In this document: positions 25,173 to 38,484 of the stretch, one piece after another
How positions within the stretch are numbered: the first letter of the stretch is position 1
How the letters are laid out: every line of letters starts with the position of its first letter
Source of the DNA: Vicugna vicugna
Taxonomy: Eukaryota
NCBI GenBank assembly: GCA_013265495.1
Contig: MU058065.1
Coordinates: 2,891,003-2,955,002 of the forward strand
Direction of reading: 5' to 3'
Length of the DNA: 64,000 nucleotides
Notes under the pieces: generated by a model
Databases searched by the model: none
What the model was told of the DNA's origin: nothing
The model's input: the letters and a program-made list of their open reading frames with translations, nothing else
Position numbers and translations under genes: made by a program

Positions 25173-25912
25173 TGGCACATAGTCCTTAATAAATATTTGC
25201 TAAATGAATCAATCCAGTCAGTCCACCAATGATCCAAAATTCATATTGTTAGTAAAAATCGAACATTGCCATTTATTCCCAAAGGAAAAGGAAGAAAGCA
25301 AATCCATGTAACTTAGAAAATGGCCTTGTACATCATTAACACTGCAGCCTGAAGGGACTGTATACCTGATCAAGGTCAAGCTTTAGGCAGACATGGTACC
25401 CCATCCCTGAGATGCCCCCCTGCCACCTGCTGAAGTCCTGGGATTGGGAAGCCACCTGCTGGAGAGGAGAGTTCTCAGTCTCGGGCCCCAACCCTGTGCT
25501 ACAAATGCACCTTGAGCTTGTCCTTTCGCTCCTTCCCATCTCAGCACCTGGGAACCACCCTGTCTGGTTAACACGGCTTTCTGGAAAGGACACCAAGAAC
25601 GTACACATGGGTTTTCTCTCCTCTAAAGTGCTATGTAGATATAAAGAGCATTTCTCTGAAGCATTGGTACAGAGAACATTCTTCTAGGATTATAGCATTT
25701 TAAATTATATAGCAAATTAAAAAGCTGATTTTTTTAAATGAAATTTTTATCCAATCACTGATTTTCCAGTGAGTAAAATGAGAAATACCAGGGAAGGATA
25801 CAGAGTGAGGCTGAGGGCTGAAGACAAACAAGTTCTACTAACTCACAAGTCTGACTCAGGCAGATCCTTTGGGGAACATGGTAGTGAGTGGTGGTCCTAT
25901 CGTGATCTCACC

Positions 25913-26712
25913 TGTAGTGGTTGCTGTAGTGGCTTCCCACAGCCCCCTTAGGGATGGAGACACTCATCCCCACAGCTATGGGAAGTGATGGCTGCTGATC
26001 CAAGTGGAATTTTGAATCACTCTCCATCAAAGGAAAGTTCCCCCAAGGCTGCCTCTCTCAAAGTTCTATTCCTCTCCAGGGGCTGCCCAGATCCAACAAC
26101 CTACTCCTCTCTGCCTCCTCCTACAAACCCACTGCCATTTGTTGTTCCACAGATGGCTCTAGGATGCTAGTGGTTTCACTAAGTCTCTTTGCTTTCACCT
26201 GAACTCTTTGTTGGACCAAGGTAACATTGCAGACGTTGAATCCCTTGTGACAACATTAGATGCCTGAGCTTAGGGTGTTGATACTGTCCCAGAGTGCTTG
26301 TCCACTGGGCTGTGGACGATGGAAGTTGATAGACTGTAATCCTGCGGAAGCCCAAATATGGTAAAGAAGACACTTGAGGTGCCTCCAGTTAGAATCATTT
26401 AACTAGTGATCTTGACAGAGCTATCAAGTTGTTCATTGTCTTTTTGTTTTCTCACACAACAGGTAGATACCAGGAAGGGGGAGAAAAGAAGCCATTTTAC
26501 CCCAAAGTGGAATAACAAAGAGCCATCTCAGCCCCTCAGCTCCAATGAATTTGGCTAAGCCTCTGATGCTGCTGTGTCTAAGCCCAGTTTCTCTGCTCAG
26601 TTCTGCTTCCCTCACCCTCTCACAGGCATTGCTGCTGAACACATTCCCCAATAAATTTTGTGTCTGCAAAATTCAATTTCAGAATCAGTTTCCTTGAAAA
26701 TTCAACCTGGGG
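25913..26712 (+). mobile_element. LTR16-like ERVL LTR (possibly composite)
   Basis: Starts tgtagtggttgctgtagtgg; ends ccccaataaattttgtgtctgcaaaattcaatttcagaatcagtttcc. Confidence 0.55.
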
Positions 26713-26949
26713 TACCCTCCAAAGTGGGTTGTGGGTCATCTAAAGAAGAACTGGATTCTGAGGGATCCTCAGTAGAATTCTAAGGACAGCATTTTTTTTA
26801 AAGTAGTAGTGTGCTTTATATTCTCATTAAAAGTCAGAGAGGAGTCATAAAAATTCATTATATCCAGGATCTAGAAAGATCTTGGCATGTAGTAGGTGCT
26901 CAGGAAATAATTACACAATGATTGGATTGTATTGATTATACTGCTTTCA

Positions 26950-27542
26950 AATTCAGAAAGATACATGCACCTCAATGTTCACAGCAGCACTATTTACAAT
27001 AGCCAAAACATGGAAGCAACCTAAATGTCCACCCACAGATGACTGGATAAAGAACTTGTGGTATGTATACAATGGAATACTACTCAGTCATGGAAAAAAT
27101 AAAATAATGCCATTTGCAGCCATAAAAATGGACCTGGCGATTGTCATTCTAAGTGAAATAAGCCAGAAAGAGAAAGAAAAATATCATATGCTATCACTTA
27201 TATGTGGAATCTTAAAAAAAATACACAAATGAACTTATTTACAAAACAGAAACAGACTCACAGACTTAGAAAACAAACCTATGGTTACCAGAGTGGGGAA
27301 AGGGGTCGGAAGGGATAAATTGAGAATTCGAAATTTGCAGATACTAACTACTATATGTAAAATAGATAAACACAAGTTTATACTGTATAGCACAAGGAAC
27401 TATATTTGATATCTTGTAGTAACCTATAATGAAAAAGAATATGAAAACAAATGTATATGTGTATATTATGACTGAAATGTTATGATGTACACCAGAAATT
27501 GATACAACATTGTAAACTGACTATACGTCAATAAAAAAAAAA
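26950..27542 (+). mobile_element. Lineage-type L1 3' end including ORF2 C-terminus remnant
   Basis: ORF 26975-27232 MFTAALFTIAKTWKQPKCP is the L1 ORF2 C-terminus; 3' UTR and poly(A) follow. Confidence 0.92.
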
Positions 27543-28369
27543 TGGGAGTACGGCTTTCACTGTATCAGTGGGGTAAAGAATAAACGGAGGTTAAACCAGA
27601 GGGCCTTGGCCAAAGGCTTTTAACTTCCCTCCAAGTGCTCCTCAGTCCCTCTCTCCCTCAGGGGACTAGGTCAGAGACAAATGCAGGCATCGGAGTTCAG
27701 TTCTGAGGCCGATGCCCACGGCTGATAGAACAGTTGCACCACCAACTCGGGAGTCACTTCTGACCCCAGAAAGTGCTCTTTTTCAGAAAATCAAATAATT
27801 TAAAGAAAGCCTTTTGTTTTCCCAAATCAAATTCTAGATTTTTCTAAATGCATTTGTTTAAATTCAGAAACATAAATCTAGAGAGTTGGAGGAGGGGAGG
27901 ACAAAAGGGAGGGGAAAGGGAGATGAGGGTTCTGGTGGTGTGTGTCTCTTTTTTTATTTGGTTTGGACAGGAAATGCGTGCATTTAGTGATTGGAAGCAG
28001 CTGTGGGCTGTGACATCTGGAGCAAGAATCGAACAGAAGTTCCTGCAGTTGCAGCCCTTGAAGCAAGTCCCTTGGCTATTTTCTACTCCATTCTAACCTC
28101 CTCAGCACACTCTGCATCCCCGTTCCCTCCCATATTCCCAGCTCCTCCCTCTGAGTAGCAGAGACTGTGTGCGAGTGATGTAATTGTGCAGGAGACAAAT
28201 TTCACTTGGGAAAGTTTCGAGAAGAAAAAAAGCCTGGCTGAAGGGATGATGCAGGCTCAGATGAGCCCTGAACAGGGTGGGAGTTGGCCAGGAAGTGACC
28301 TTCCAGACTCCTGTCATTGTAGAGCTGTGATCCTGTAGCTACAGTACGCACCTGCAGGAATGCCACTCT

Positions 28370-28720
28370 GCATCAGTCAGGACAAGCTAAGTCATGCTGT
28401 GGTAACAAAAGACCCCTAAATCTCAAGAATGTTTTCTTCTTACATGATCCATGGCTATCAGATGTTACCTCCCATCTGCCTCACCCTTGCCCTCACCACT
28501 AGACCTAAACAAAAGGAGCAGCTCATACGGCGACATTGCTGGGCTTACCAAAGAGGGAAGACAGGGAGAGATGGCTGACCAAAAGCTAGCTCTTAAAGCT
28601 TCCCCACAGAAGTGGTGCATGTCACTCTTGCCCATTCCATTGGTCAAAGCAAATCACATGATGACATCTGAGTTCAACAGAATGGGGATATGTAATCTCC
28701 CATAGGCGGGAGCACCAAAA
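28370..28720 (-). mobile_element. Old MLT1 LTR fragment
   Basis: tcagtcaggacaagctaagtcatgctgtggtaacaaa...cccattccattggtcaaagcaaatcacatg. Confidence 0.65.
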
Positions 28721-30017
28721 GTCACATGGTCAGGCCACCCAAATAGTAAATGGCAGAGTAGGGATTCTCCCAGGGTCTTTGTCGGCTCTCTTCCTACTGT
28801 ACTGTCCTCTCTTGTGCTCAGCACAGTACCTGGCACCAAGCAGTCATTCAAACACAAAATTAAGTAAACAAACAAACAAAAAAGTGAATGAATTACAAGA
28901 TGACTATAGAAATAAGACTCTGCCTCAATTTTATCTTAGCAATGTTAATTTACGGCAGAGATCTATTGGCTTTAATTGAGAAAGGTAATTCACAAAGTAA
29001 CCCTGTAAGTGTCACCTTTCACAATTCTCATGAGGGCAAGTCATGGCCGACAAAGCTGTCAGCACAAATAAGCCAAAGGAACTGTATCAACACTCAGAGG
29101 CTCCATTTTTATATTGAAAAAGAGGCACCAGGGAGGCTGGCCAGCCTACACCCTGAACTGGAGCCAAAAAGCTATTGCAGTAGCATGCATCAAGTCTTTG
29201 TGTATTTTTCCATTGTGAGAGGCTGAACTACTGGGTAATATTTCCAGCCTGGCCTTCCTATGACAGCTCGAACCAGAGTTTAACAGTTTGTAAAAAAAAA
29301 AAAATTCTGAAGTCACATATCCAATGTATGCTATATGCCCCAATTGACAGAGGACAGCAGTATCATCTTGCTACAGTACTGAGTAAAATAAAAGTAAGAT
29401 TCTATTAACATTATTTTTCAGCTCATTCTGAAATGACTGCTTTATTTGGGCAATTTCAACTCAAGAAGACAGATTTCAAACTTTAAAATAGCAAAAATTG
29501 GATGGAAAAAGAATTCTTTTACTTTCATGTGAATGTCTCTCCTTTTTCTGAAAAGGAGGATGAGAAACCCACTGAAATATTTTGTGTACTGTTACAGTCA
29601 GTGTAGTAATACATGAGCAATAAGTAACAGAGTAGATAGAAATTTGTTACAGTGAGTGAATCAATTTTCTACACCTCTAAAAATAAATGGCCCAGTGATT
29701 TTTATTTAAGCATATTAAATGAATTTTACTCTCATTAAAATTTTATATATGTTATGCATAGATAAATATTATAAGCTTCTAAATTGAGAATTTTAGGTCT
29801 TCTGCTTTGTCTACTATACACTGGATCTCCAGTGAGGCTCCACAAAAATAGGTGCTTAGTGCAAATTAATCAGAGGTAATGTCCCCATGAGGGACAGCAA
29901 ATTGGCAAAAGTGCTTCTATTAGTCTATTCTTAAGAGTAGGTATTTATTGTCACTGGCAGTTATGAACTGAATGTTTGTGTCTCCCCAAAATTAATATAT
30001 TGAAACCCCTCATATAC

Positions 30018-30309
30018 TTTTTTTTGATGTTTCAGTATTTATTGACATGGGAATATTTGCATAGTATTTTTTGTCTCTTTTTTTGTCTTTTTTATTATGG
30101 TAAAATACACATAACATAAAATGTTTACCATCTTAACCATTTTTAAGGTACAGTTCAGTGGTATTAAATACATTCACATTGTTGTGCAATCATCATCCAT
30201 CTGCATAAATCTGCACTTGTAATATTCTGACTCTACTCATTGAACAGGAACTTCCCACTCTCTGATCCTCCCAAGCCCTGGCAACCACCATTCCACTTTC
30301 TACCTCTCA
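30018..30309 (-). mobile_element. Truncated L1MA-like 3' end with double tail (putative 3' transduction)
   Basis: ttattatggtaaaatacacataacataaaa..ttaccatcttaaccatttttaag; TSD cctcatatac (30008-30017) / cctcatacac (30310-30319). Confidence 0.8.
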
Positions 30310-30579
30310 CCTCATACACCTTTAACTCATGCTTGACTCAGTAGTTATTTATAATCCTCATGGCAACCCAAATCCTTCCCCTTAATGCTCCTTGACTGTG
30401 CTTTATCCCCACATAACACACGGAGAAAGGCATGGCACCCAGTGACCAGTGTTGAGTGACATTTTCCCCTCCCATGCTGTGTGTGTCCATCTGGGAAAGC
30501 AGGGACACTGTCCATCTGTAGTCTCTCTGAATTGCTTGGCAAAAAGGGCATCTCAGCCCTCAGTCCAACAGAACTTTCT

Positions 30580-30748
30580 CCAAGGATGAAAATGGCCACA
30601 CTGTCTAATTTGGTAGACATTAGCTACAGGTGGCTATCCAGCACTTGAAATAAAGCAATTAAAAGCTTGAAGTTTTTATTTAAATTGAAATTGGAATTTA
30701 ATTTTATGTGTAACTAGTGGCTACCATATCAGAAAATGTAGCTCTAGG
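30580..30748. mobile_element. MER3/MER33-like hAT MITE
   Basis: tggtagacattagctacaggtggcta..gcacttgaaat ... ctagtggctaccatat palindromic ends. Confidence 0.65.
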
Positions 30749-30936
30749 TAAGCGTGCTCTTGCCCCATCCCTGGATCTTGTGGTCAATCTATTCTTTCTG
30801 TGGTTTGAATCCTGAACCAGGAATGTTGCTTAATCTCTATGAGCTCAATTTATACAGTTGTTTATTTATATGGTTAAAGTAATTTCTATCCCTTAGGTTT
30901 TGGTGAGGCATATATGCAATAATAATAATGATAGCC

Positions 30937-31277
30937 TGTCTTAATTTGTTCAAGCTGCATAACAAAATGCCATAGACTGGATGGCTTAAACAACAGAAAT
31001 TTATTTTCTCACAGTTCTGGGGACTGGAAGTCCAAGAACAAGGTGCTGGCAGATTCAATTTTTGGTGAGGTTCTCTTGCTGGCTTACAGCCAGCCATTTT
31101 CTTGTTGTATACTCACATGGTAGGGAAAGACAGCTCCAGATCTCATATTCTTCTAAGGTCAATGATCTCATCTAAATCTAATTACCTCCCAGAGGCCCCA
31201 CCGCCAAAACCATCACTTTAGGGGTTAGGGCTTCAGCATATTAATTTTGGGGAAGCCCGAACATTCAGTTCATAACA
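30937..31277 (-). mobile_element. MLT1A-like solo LTR
   Basis: tgtcttaatttgttcaagctgcataacaaaatgccatagactgg...acattcagttcataaca. Confidence 0.85.
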
Positions 31278-32112
31278 CCCAGTGAGAAGAAAATCTAATT
31301 AATTTTCAGTTAGAAACAATGAAGAAGTGATTCTAAGTTGTTTGAATAGGCAGCAATAAAGTCTGGCCATGTGGACTGAAATGGCAATGATGTTGTCCTC
31401 TAATTCTGCCCAATAATAGCTTTAGGAAGGCGCCTAAAAGATGTGGGTGAAATTTCCTCTCAGCATGTCCAAACCATACCTACAAAGTGTTCAGCATTGT
31501 CATCCGACAGAGACAGGAAACACGAGCTGGCTTCCACAGACCCTGATGAGTTTAGTGAGAAAGCAGGATTATAAATTGGACTCATTTGTGTGAGTGTGAG
31601 TCCTGGGCCAACTCTCCCAGGACGAATAAAATTGAGAAAAGGAACCAGAAACACATCCATGACAGCTTTAATAGGATTTAGATAACTCTATCTCATTAAC
31701 TTTGCAAGGGAAACATGGCAAAATAGGGAGTTAAAGCATCATGCCAGGCTGACTGAAAACAGTTGTCTGTTATTGAAGTCGGTGCACCTACCCGGAACTT
31801 CAAAGACATAAGCCACAGCTGCTTCTCCCAGATGTGTCCTAGAATCTCCAAAGAGTTGGCTGGCACACAGAGGGTGGGCAATATGGCAGCAAGGGTTTTC
31901 CTTCTGAAGTTGTGTGTGCATAGTAAGTATCCAATTTTTATTTAAAGCATATATTCATTTGGAGTGAGGCTGATGGACATTCCAATAGGGCTGAAGCCCT
32001 TCTAAGCCATGCCTTTGCTCTAGCATTGGGTATCAGAAATGATCAAGAACTTGAATGGCTGGGGGACAAGCAGTCAAACATGCTCTGTATGCTCTTTAAC
32101 ATTGTGGGATGC

Positions 32113-32200
32113 TTTTTTTCTTTTATTTTCCTTTTTCCTTTCTTTTCTTCTTCTTTTCCATTTTTTTCTTTCTTTCTTTTTTTTTTTTTTTTTGTTTTTT

Positions 32201-32258
<58 letters not shown>
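32113..32258. repeat. Pyrimidine/poly-T tract ending in T56
   Basis: Directly visible; uninterrupted T at 32203-32258. Confidence 0.95.
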
Positions 32259-32259
<1 letters not shown>

Positions 32260-33120
32260 GAAGCAAAAGGTTGAAGAGGAGAAGCATGAATAGGAAATCT
32301 TCTATTATAAGACTACTATGAAGAAAATCCCCAAATTCTTAAGTTGTTTAATGTTGTGAAAGAGACTTATTCAGAAATTCAATCATTTTTAAGCATTTCT
32401 CAGAATAAATACACTTTCAGAGAATCAAGAGATCATTACTTCCCATCTTCAAAACGATTGTGTGCCACTAATGTATTTTCCTGAAAGGGAAATTATTCCA
32501 AGGAGGAAGAGGTCACGAGATTGTGCCATCGTTGACTTAGACGTGACTTCCTGAGAATGAAAAGCTGTTAATCCACCTTATCAACAACAGAGTTTGTGAA
32601 TGAATCAAGCATATATATGCCTCTTGATGAGGCTTGAGTGATTAATACCATCTGAGAAACAGTTAAGGCAAACCCCATCTATTTTCATAGCTATCCTGAA
32701 ATAACCCTGTGGGAATGTTGTGAACCTGATGCAGGTCACCAAGTGAAGACAGTCAAGGCACAGTTCCATGCACAAGAACAATCTTGACTACTTGGCAACC
32801 ACGAAAGAGCTCTAGCTACAGTGCTCTTTAGAAAGGAAAATGCCCACATTTGCCAATCACCAGAAAGTCATCCAGTGAGAACTGCTATTCAGGGAATCCA
32901 GTTGGCAGAGTCTGTACGAACGTATTTGCAGGTGGTTTAATATATGCGTTGTTCAATGGTTTTACCTCTGTTCTTTGACAAGGGAGGGATTAGCAGACCT
33001 GGAAAGTGGCTACTGCCTTTAATATTCAACTTTGAAAATTGCAACATTATGTGTATCATCTCATGGAAGTCTTCATTCATTTTTTTTAGAAAGTGTTGCA
33101 TAATGGTAATACTATGTCAT

Positions 33121-33522
33121 AAGCCAGAAAGAGAAAGAAAAATACCATATGATATCACTCATATGGGGAATCTAAAAAAAAAAAAAAGACAAACAACTTA
33201 TTTACAAAACAGAAACAGACTCACAGACATAGGAAACAAACTTATGGCTACTAGGAGGAAAGGGATGGGAAAGGATAAATTGGGACTTCAAGATTTGCAG
33301 ATGCTAACTAACATATAAAATAGATAAACAACAAGTTTATACTGTATAGCACAGGGAACTCTATTCAATATCTTATAGTAACTTATGGTGAAAAAGAATA
33401 TGAAAACTAATATAAATACATTCATGTATGACTGAAGCATTGTGCTGTGCACCAGAAGTTGACACATTATAAACCAACTATACTTCAATAAATATATATA
33501 TATATACAAAAAAATCCAAAAA
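33121..33522 (+). mobile_element. Lineage-type L1 3' end
   Basis: acaaaacagaaacagactcacagacatag...; TSD aatggtaatactatgtcat (33102-33120) / aatggtaatactacttcat (33523-33541). Confidence 0.9.
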
Positions 33523-33559
33523 AATGGTAATACTACTTCATTGATATAAGGCCACTTAT

Positions 33560-33860
33560 CACCTACTCTTGAAGACTTAGCTCAGGTATCACTTGCTCCA
33601 GAAATTCTTTTGATAACCCGTCCCTACTCCCCAAGTTCCAAGCCTACCCTCCTAGCAGGCCATGGTAACTCAGGCTTTTTTTGCATCACAGATCTTACCA
33701 CAGTGTAAAGAAATTTCCTGCTTTGATATCTTTTTCCACATGGACTAGAAGCCTCTGCAGGCTGTGGTCAGTGTCTCCGTCTTCCTGTGTCTTCATCCAG
33801 AGCACTGTGCCTGGCACAAAGCAGATTCCCTGCAACTGTTAGCTGAGCTCCAATGAACTG
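33560..33860 (+). mobile_element. L2 3' fragment
   Basis: aagacttagctcaggtatcac...ggactagaagcc...cagagcactgtgcctggcacaaagcag. Confidence 0.6.
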
Positions 33861-35079
33861 AGACCCTTGGGGATGGGATTTCCCAGTACTATAAATGAGC
33901 TATTTTGAGCCCCCCTCCTATGTGGAATAAAAAGGGGGCTTTCACAGCCATTAAATCTCCTATGAGCCATTTCTCAAAACAAAAATATTTTTATACGTAC
34001 TTTCAGCTAACTAACCCCTGGTGTTTTCCGGTCTTCAGCCAGAGTTGTCCTGCATTCTGGGACCCATGTCTTCTTTTCAAGTATCTTAATACTTGTTTTT
34101 TTTTAATCTCCATGGTGTTTTTCCTTCTACAAATTATGTTTCCCTTTGGACCTCTTTTCCTCTGGATCATGAAAGTAAAGTTTGCATAGCATTTCTGATT
34201 TTTACAGGAAGACTTTAGGAAAAACTAAAGGGACATTCTCCATGTTTTAAATAAGTTTTATTTGGTGATTATGTCCCATTGCAGTGTCCCACTAAAATTC
34301 AACAGAAAAGGTTCTGACAGTATACTTTGCTTATTTATGAAAATCCACAGTTTTATTTAAATGTCAGAAATATGCTAAAGAAAATTTGGGTTGACTATCT
34401 TGGAGAAGTAATTTTGTAGGCCCAAAGATAAGCAAGGTTCAAAGGGGAAAATATATAGTCAACTCAAAATATAATCAGAATTGGAGAGTGCCTAGTAATG
34501 GTAGATCTAAAAGAGTCTCCTTATTATCATATGCTATTAAACTGTAGTTTAAGTCTTGTGGAGGCAGGGACCACATCTGTCTTGCTCACTGTTCTCCCCA
34601 GCTTTCAGTACAAAACCCGGCTTATACGGAGGTCTCAAAATTTGTTAAGCAAATTAATGAGTGTTTCTGAATAAGCACATGGGTGGGCTAATAGAAGTAA
34701 GTGGGTCCAAGAAGACAAAAATACTACCTTTCATGTACTTGAGTATAGGACTAGAAACTGAAATTTTCTCAGTCCAAATTAAACCTTCCAACAACCAGTC
34801 TACCAGGCACTGAGATTATGTGGAAGTTATGCGTGAAATAAAGCTAGAAGTTTAGTCCTTGTCCTCAAAGCAATACTCTCTAGCTATAGACCCCATACAC
34901 ACGTTAAAAAACAATAAGAAAGACAATAAACCCTTCTGTCCTTCCATTTTAAACACTCAACCAGGAAAAACTACACATAACAATGAACTACTACATCCCA
35001 GGTTGCATGGATTTTTTGATAGGCTATTTATAAGGAAAAATAAGTATTTCTCCAACTTCCAGTTTAAAAATGAGAATAT

Positions 35080-35172
35080 GGGGGGAGGGAAATAGCTCAG
35101 TGGTAGAGCGCTGCTTAGCATGCATGAGGTCCTGGGTTCAATCCCTAGTATCTCCATCAAAAAAAAAAAAAA
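35080..35172 (+). mobile_element. tRNA-derived short SINE (camelid Vic-1-like)
   Basis: ggggggaggg head, Pol III box A tagctcagtggtagagc, box B ggttcaatccc, poly(A) tail. Confidence 0.85.
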
Positions 35173-36705
35173 CACTGAGAAGCTGGTTGTGCCTAGGACA
35201 CTAGAGGTGGGAAAAGCACAGAAATGGGAACCCCTAATCGAGGGTGTAATCTTCAGCTGTATAATCTGAAATATGACCAGTAATAGTAGCAGGCAGTGCT
35301 TACCGGGCTTAATATGAACCAAACCAAGAACTTTTCCCTGTTCACTTACTGCTCCAAACAACCCCAGGAAACAGTTGTTATTATTTTATTATCAGAATTT
35401 TAAATATATTTTTAATGGAGGATCAGAATGGACAATTGTAAAAGGTTATGCAAGCTGAACTGTCAAGCTTAACTTATCGAAGGTGATGCGACCACTGAGT
35501 GGGCTGGACCTAGACCTGAACACAGGTGGACAAACATAAGCGCTCACTCTCTGCTACTGCAGGTAGCGATAACCAGGCCTTGCACTGGGCTCTGCGGCTG
35601 ATCAGTGCTATCATTCCCAGAGCTCCACTGAGCCGCCTAACAACTTGGGAGGTAACATTTTTACCCTCATCTTATAGATGAGAAAATGAAAGCACAGGGA
35701 GGAACAGGAACTTCCCCAAACTACAGAACATATACCCAGAGCTGCCAAATTCTGACATCTTTTCACTACAGCACAACGCCTCTCAAATGACAAGTATGTG
35801 TCATCATTCTGTCACAAACCTTGGGGAAGACTTTTCCTTCCAGGGAATTCTGAGCTTCAAGGTGCTCACATGAACCAAAGTGAAGAGAACCACAGTTGCA
35901 GCTTGCTGATACCTTTTTTTTTTTAAATGGGAATTCGTTTCCTCTATCTGCCTCTCTTGCAATGACTGCTACTCTTTGGCATCTGAGCCGCCCAAATCTC
36001 CCCATAGGTTTTTTTATGTACTGGTAATAAGTATAGAGAATCCAGCAGTGTGTTAGGAACCCAACAAGCATCAGAGACCACGTCTTGCCTTCCAGCGGCT
36101 GTCTCAAATGGGAAGAATTTTTGGTAATCTCCCCTCAGAGGTTTTAAGTCTTTGATTAAGTAAATTCTTCAAGACAGCACAAGATCCATGTGGTTTACTT
36201 TTTTACATAAATCATATTATGGGAAACTGATAACATTCCAGCCACTCTTTGTAGTATCTCATAATGAAGTCCCTTCTGAGATGTGCTAGCCAGGAAAGAA
36301 TGCCGTGTTCTGGTGAGGCTGGCTGAAGGCTGCCATGTGATTTAGATAAAAGATTTCTAATGAGCATCTGAATCACAAATCATTCATTTAGTGATTTAAA
36401 ATTATCACGAGGCATCTGGTCCCCCAACCCAAAATGTAAAACACCGATAAGCTCTAAAATAAGAACAATACCCAAAGTTAAGCACAATTTAGTAGCTTAA
36501 CATCTATTAATTCTGCAGTTGTCATCATCAACAGAATCAAATGGTGACTTCCCACCATGCTGGGAAAAGTGGAAAACTTAAGACAAAGTGCCTGATCTCA
36601 GGAAACTCATACTATAGTAGACATTATTCCTTCTGCCTCAGTTTCTCCACCTGAGAAGTTTTCTCTAAATGAGAAGGTTGGATTGGAGACTGTCCTGCAG
36701 GGTTC

Positions 36706-37285
36706 TGTAAGGGTTATCCAGAGAAACAGAACCAATAGGATACATATGTGTATGTACACATATATATACACATACACATATATATACATATACATACACA
36801 CCTATATAGAGAGGCAGAGACAGAGAGACTGAGAGAGATTTATTATAGGAATTAGCTTACGCTGTTATGGAGGCTGAGAAGTTCCACAATCTACCATCCG
36901 CATACAAAGAACTAGGAAAGCCAGTGATACAGTTTAGCCCAAAGACAAAGGCTTGAGAACTAGGGGTCTACTGTGTAAGTCCTGGAGTCTGAAGGCATGA
37001 GAACCAGAGGCTCTGATGTCTGAGGGCAGGAGAGATGGACATCCATCTCAAGAGGTGAAAGAGAAAATTTGCCTTTCCTCTGCCTTTTTTGTTCTGCTGG
37101 GGCCCTCAATAGATTGACTGATGCCACCCACTCTGGTGAAGGTAGATCTTCTTTACTTAGTCTACGGATTCAAATGCTAATCTCTCCTGAAAACACCCTT
37201 ACAGATACACTCAGAAATTATGTTTTATCATCTATCTGGGTATCCCTTAGCCCAGTCTAGTTGACACACAGAACTAACCATCATA
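36706..37285 (-). mobile_element. MLT2B-like ERVL solo LTR
   Basis: ccagagaaacagaaccaatagga...gagatttattatagg...gttgacacacagaactaaccatca. Confidence 0.85.
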
Positions 37286-37929
37286 GAGAATATATTTAAG
37301 AGATCCTATTCAGTTCAAACTAAGTCCCCAGAGAGCCTCTTCTAATGAACCTCTATTCCTTGCTCTCCAAATGTTGGAATCATACAGTCTTTTATTTTTA
37401 GAAATATGTAACTGGAAAGAACCTCAAAAGATCTTCAACTCCAGTCTCCTGCTTCATAAAGGTTTGTAATTTATGTGGTTTTTGGAGATCTCAAGAACCT
37501 AATCCATAATTTTTTTGTTGATCAGCTATTTATGGGCTCCAGCAGTCTAATAAGACACTCTTTCCAGAAACTTAACCCCACGTTCTGTTGGATTCTATAC
37601 AGCTGGAGAAGTGTTGACTTTTTATAGCTGAAAGAACAACCATGAAGTCTTCACTGCTTTTTCTTTCACAAGCTAACTGTCTTAGTTTCTTAGAATTTCT
37701 TCTAACTTCTTAATTTCTTAGAATTTGTTCCACTCTTGATGCATGGGTACTTCTGTGTTCTTTTATATTCTTCAAGAGCTTTTCCCTGATTTTTAAGGAT
37801 CCTCACAACTAAACTAATGTTTACCAACAACCAAAACTGCTAGTAAGCAGTTTATCTTTGGTGATATGAAATAATCTCAGATTTTTTTTAATTTTCTTAA
37901 CTCCTATCCACTTCTAGCCATTCCAACAT

Positions 37930-38340
37930 GTCTTTAAATTCATTTAATGAGTTGAGATATTTTTAGCTCAGGTAACAAAATACCATGATTCATGTCTTAA
38001 ACAATAGGAGATTTTATCTCGCACTCACACACGAAGTCCAGACTTAAAGTGAGCTCTGGTTGTGCTACATCAGGACTCTCACTCTATTACTCTGTAATTC
38101 CCTTAGGTCAGCCCTTCTCCAGCTGGTGAAGATGGCTGCAGAAACTTATAGCAATTTAAGCAAAAGTTACTACAATTAACTTTGTATCTAGAGAGGGATT
38201 TTTGTTTCAGAACAAAACCTTTCCCAGTGGCACCTAACAGACTTCTTCTTGACATCTCACAGTCCAGAATCGAGGCAGTCATCCGTCCTTTAATCACTGC
38301 CAAACAAAATAGACTGCCTTTGGTTTAGACTCATCATCAT
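37930..38340 (-). mobile_element. Old MLT1 LTR fragment
   Basis: cttaaacaataggagatttt...gaagtccagac...gaagatggctgcag...cagacttcttcttgacatctca. Confidence 0.5.
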
Positions 38341-38484
38341 GTTGCATTTGCTAAATTCTAGGTTTAGGAGGGAAAAAATGAGAATGAAAATAGACATTAA
38401 AGCTTGATTTTAAGAATTCTATGATTTCCCTCTGGGAATTGTAGCATTCTGTACCACTCTTATTGTCCTTACCATATTTTTTCA

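Noticed and set aside
26975..27232. ORF resembling a real protein (MFTAALFTIAKTWKQPKCP)
   Set aside because: C-terminal remnant of L1 ORF2 in a 5'-truncated insertion; not a host gene.
32026..32321. Poly-Phe ORFs
   Set aside because: Artefact of the poly-T tract.
35080..35160. Possible tRNA gene (box A/B present)
   Set aside because: G-rich head, poly(A) tail and no convincing acceptor stem indicate a tRNA-derived SINE.
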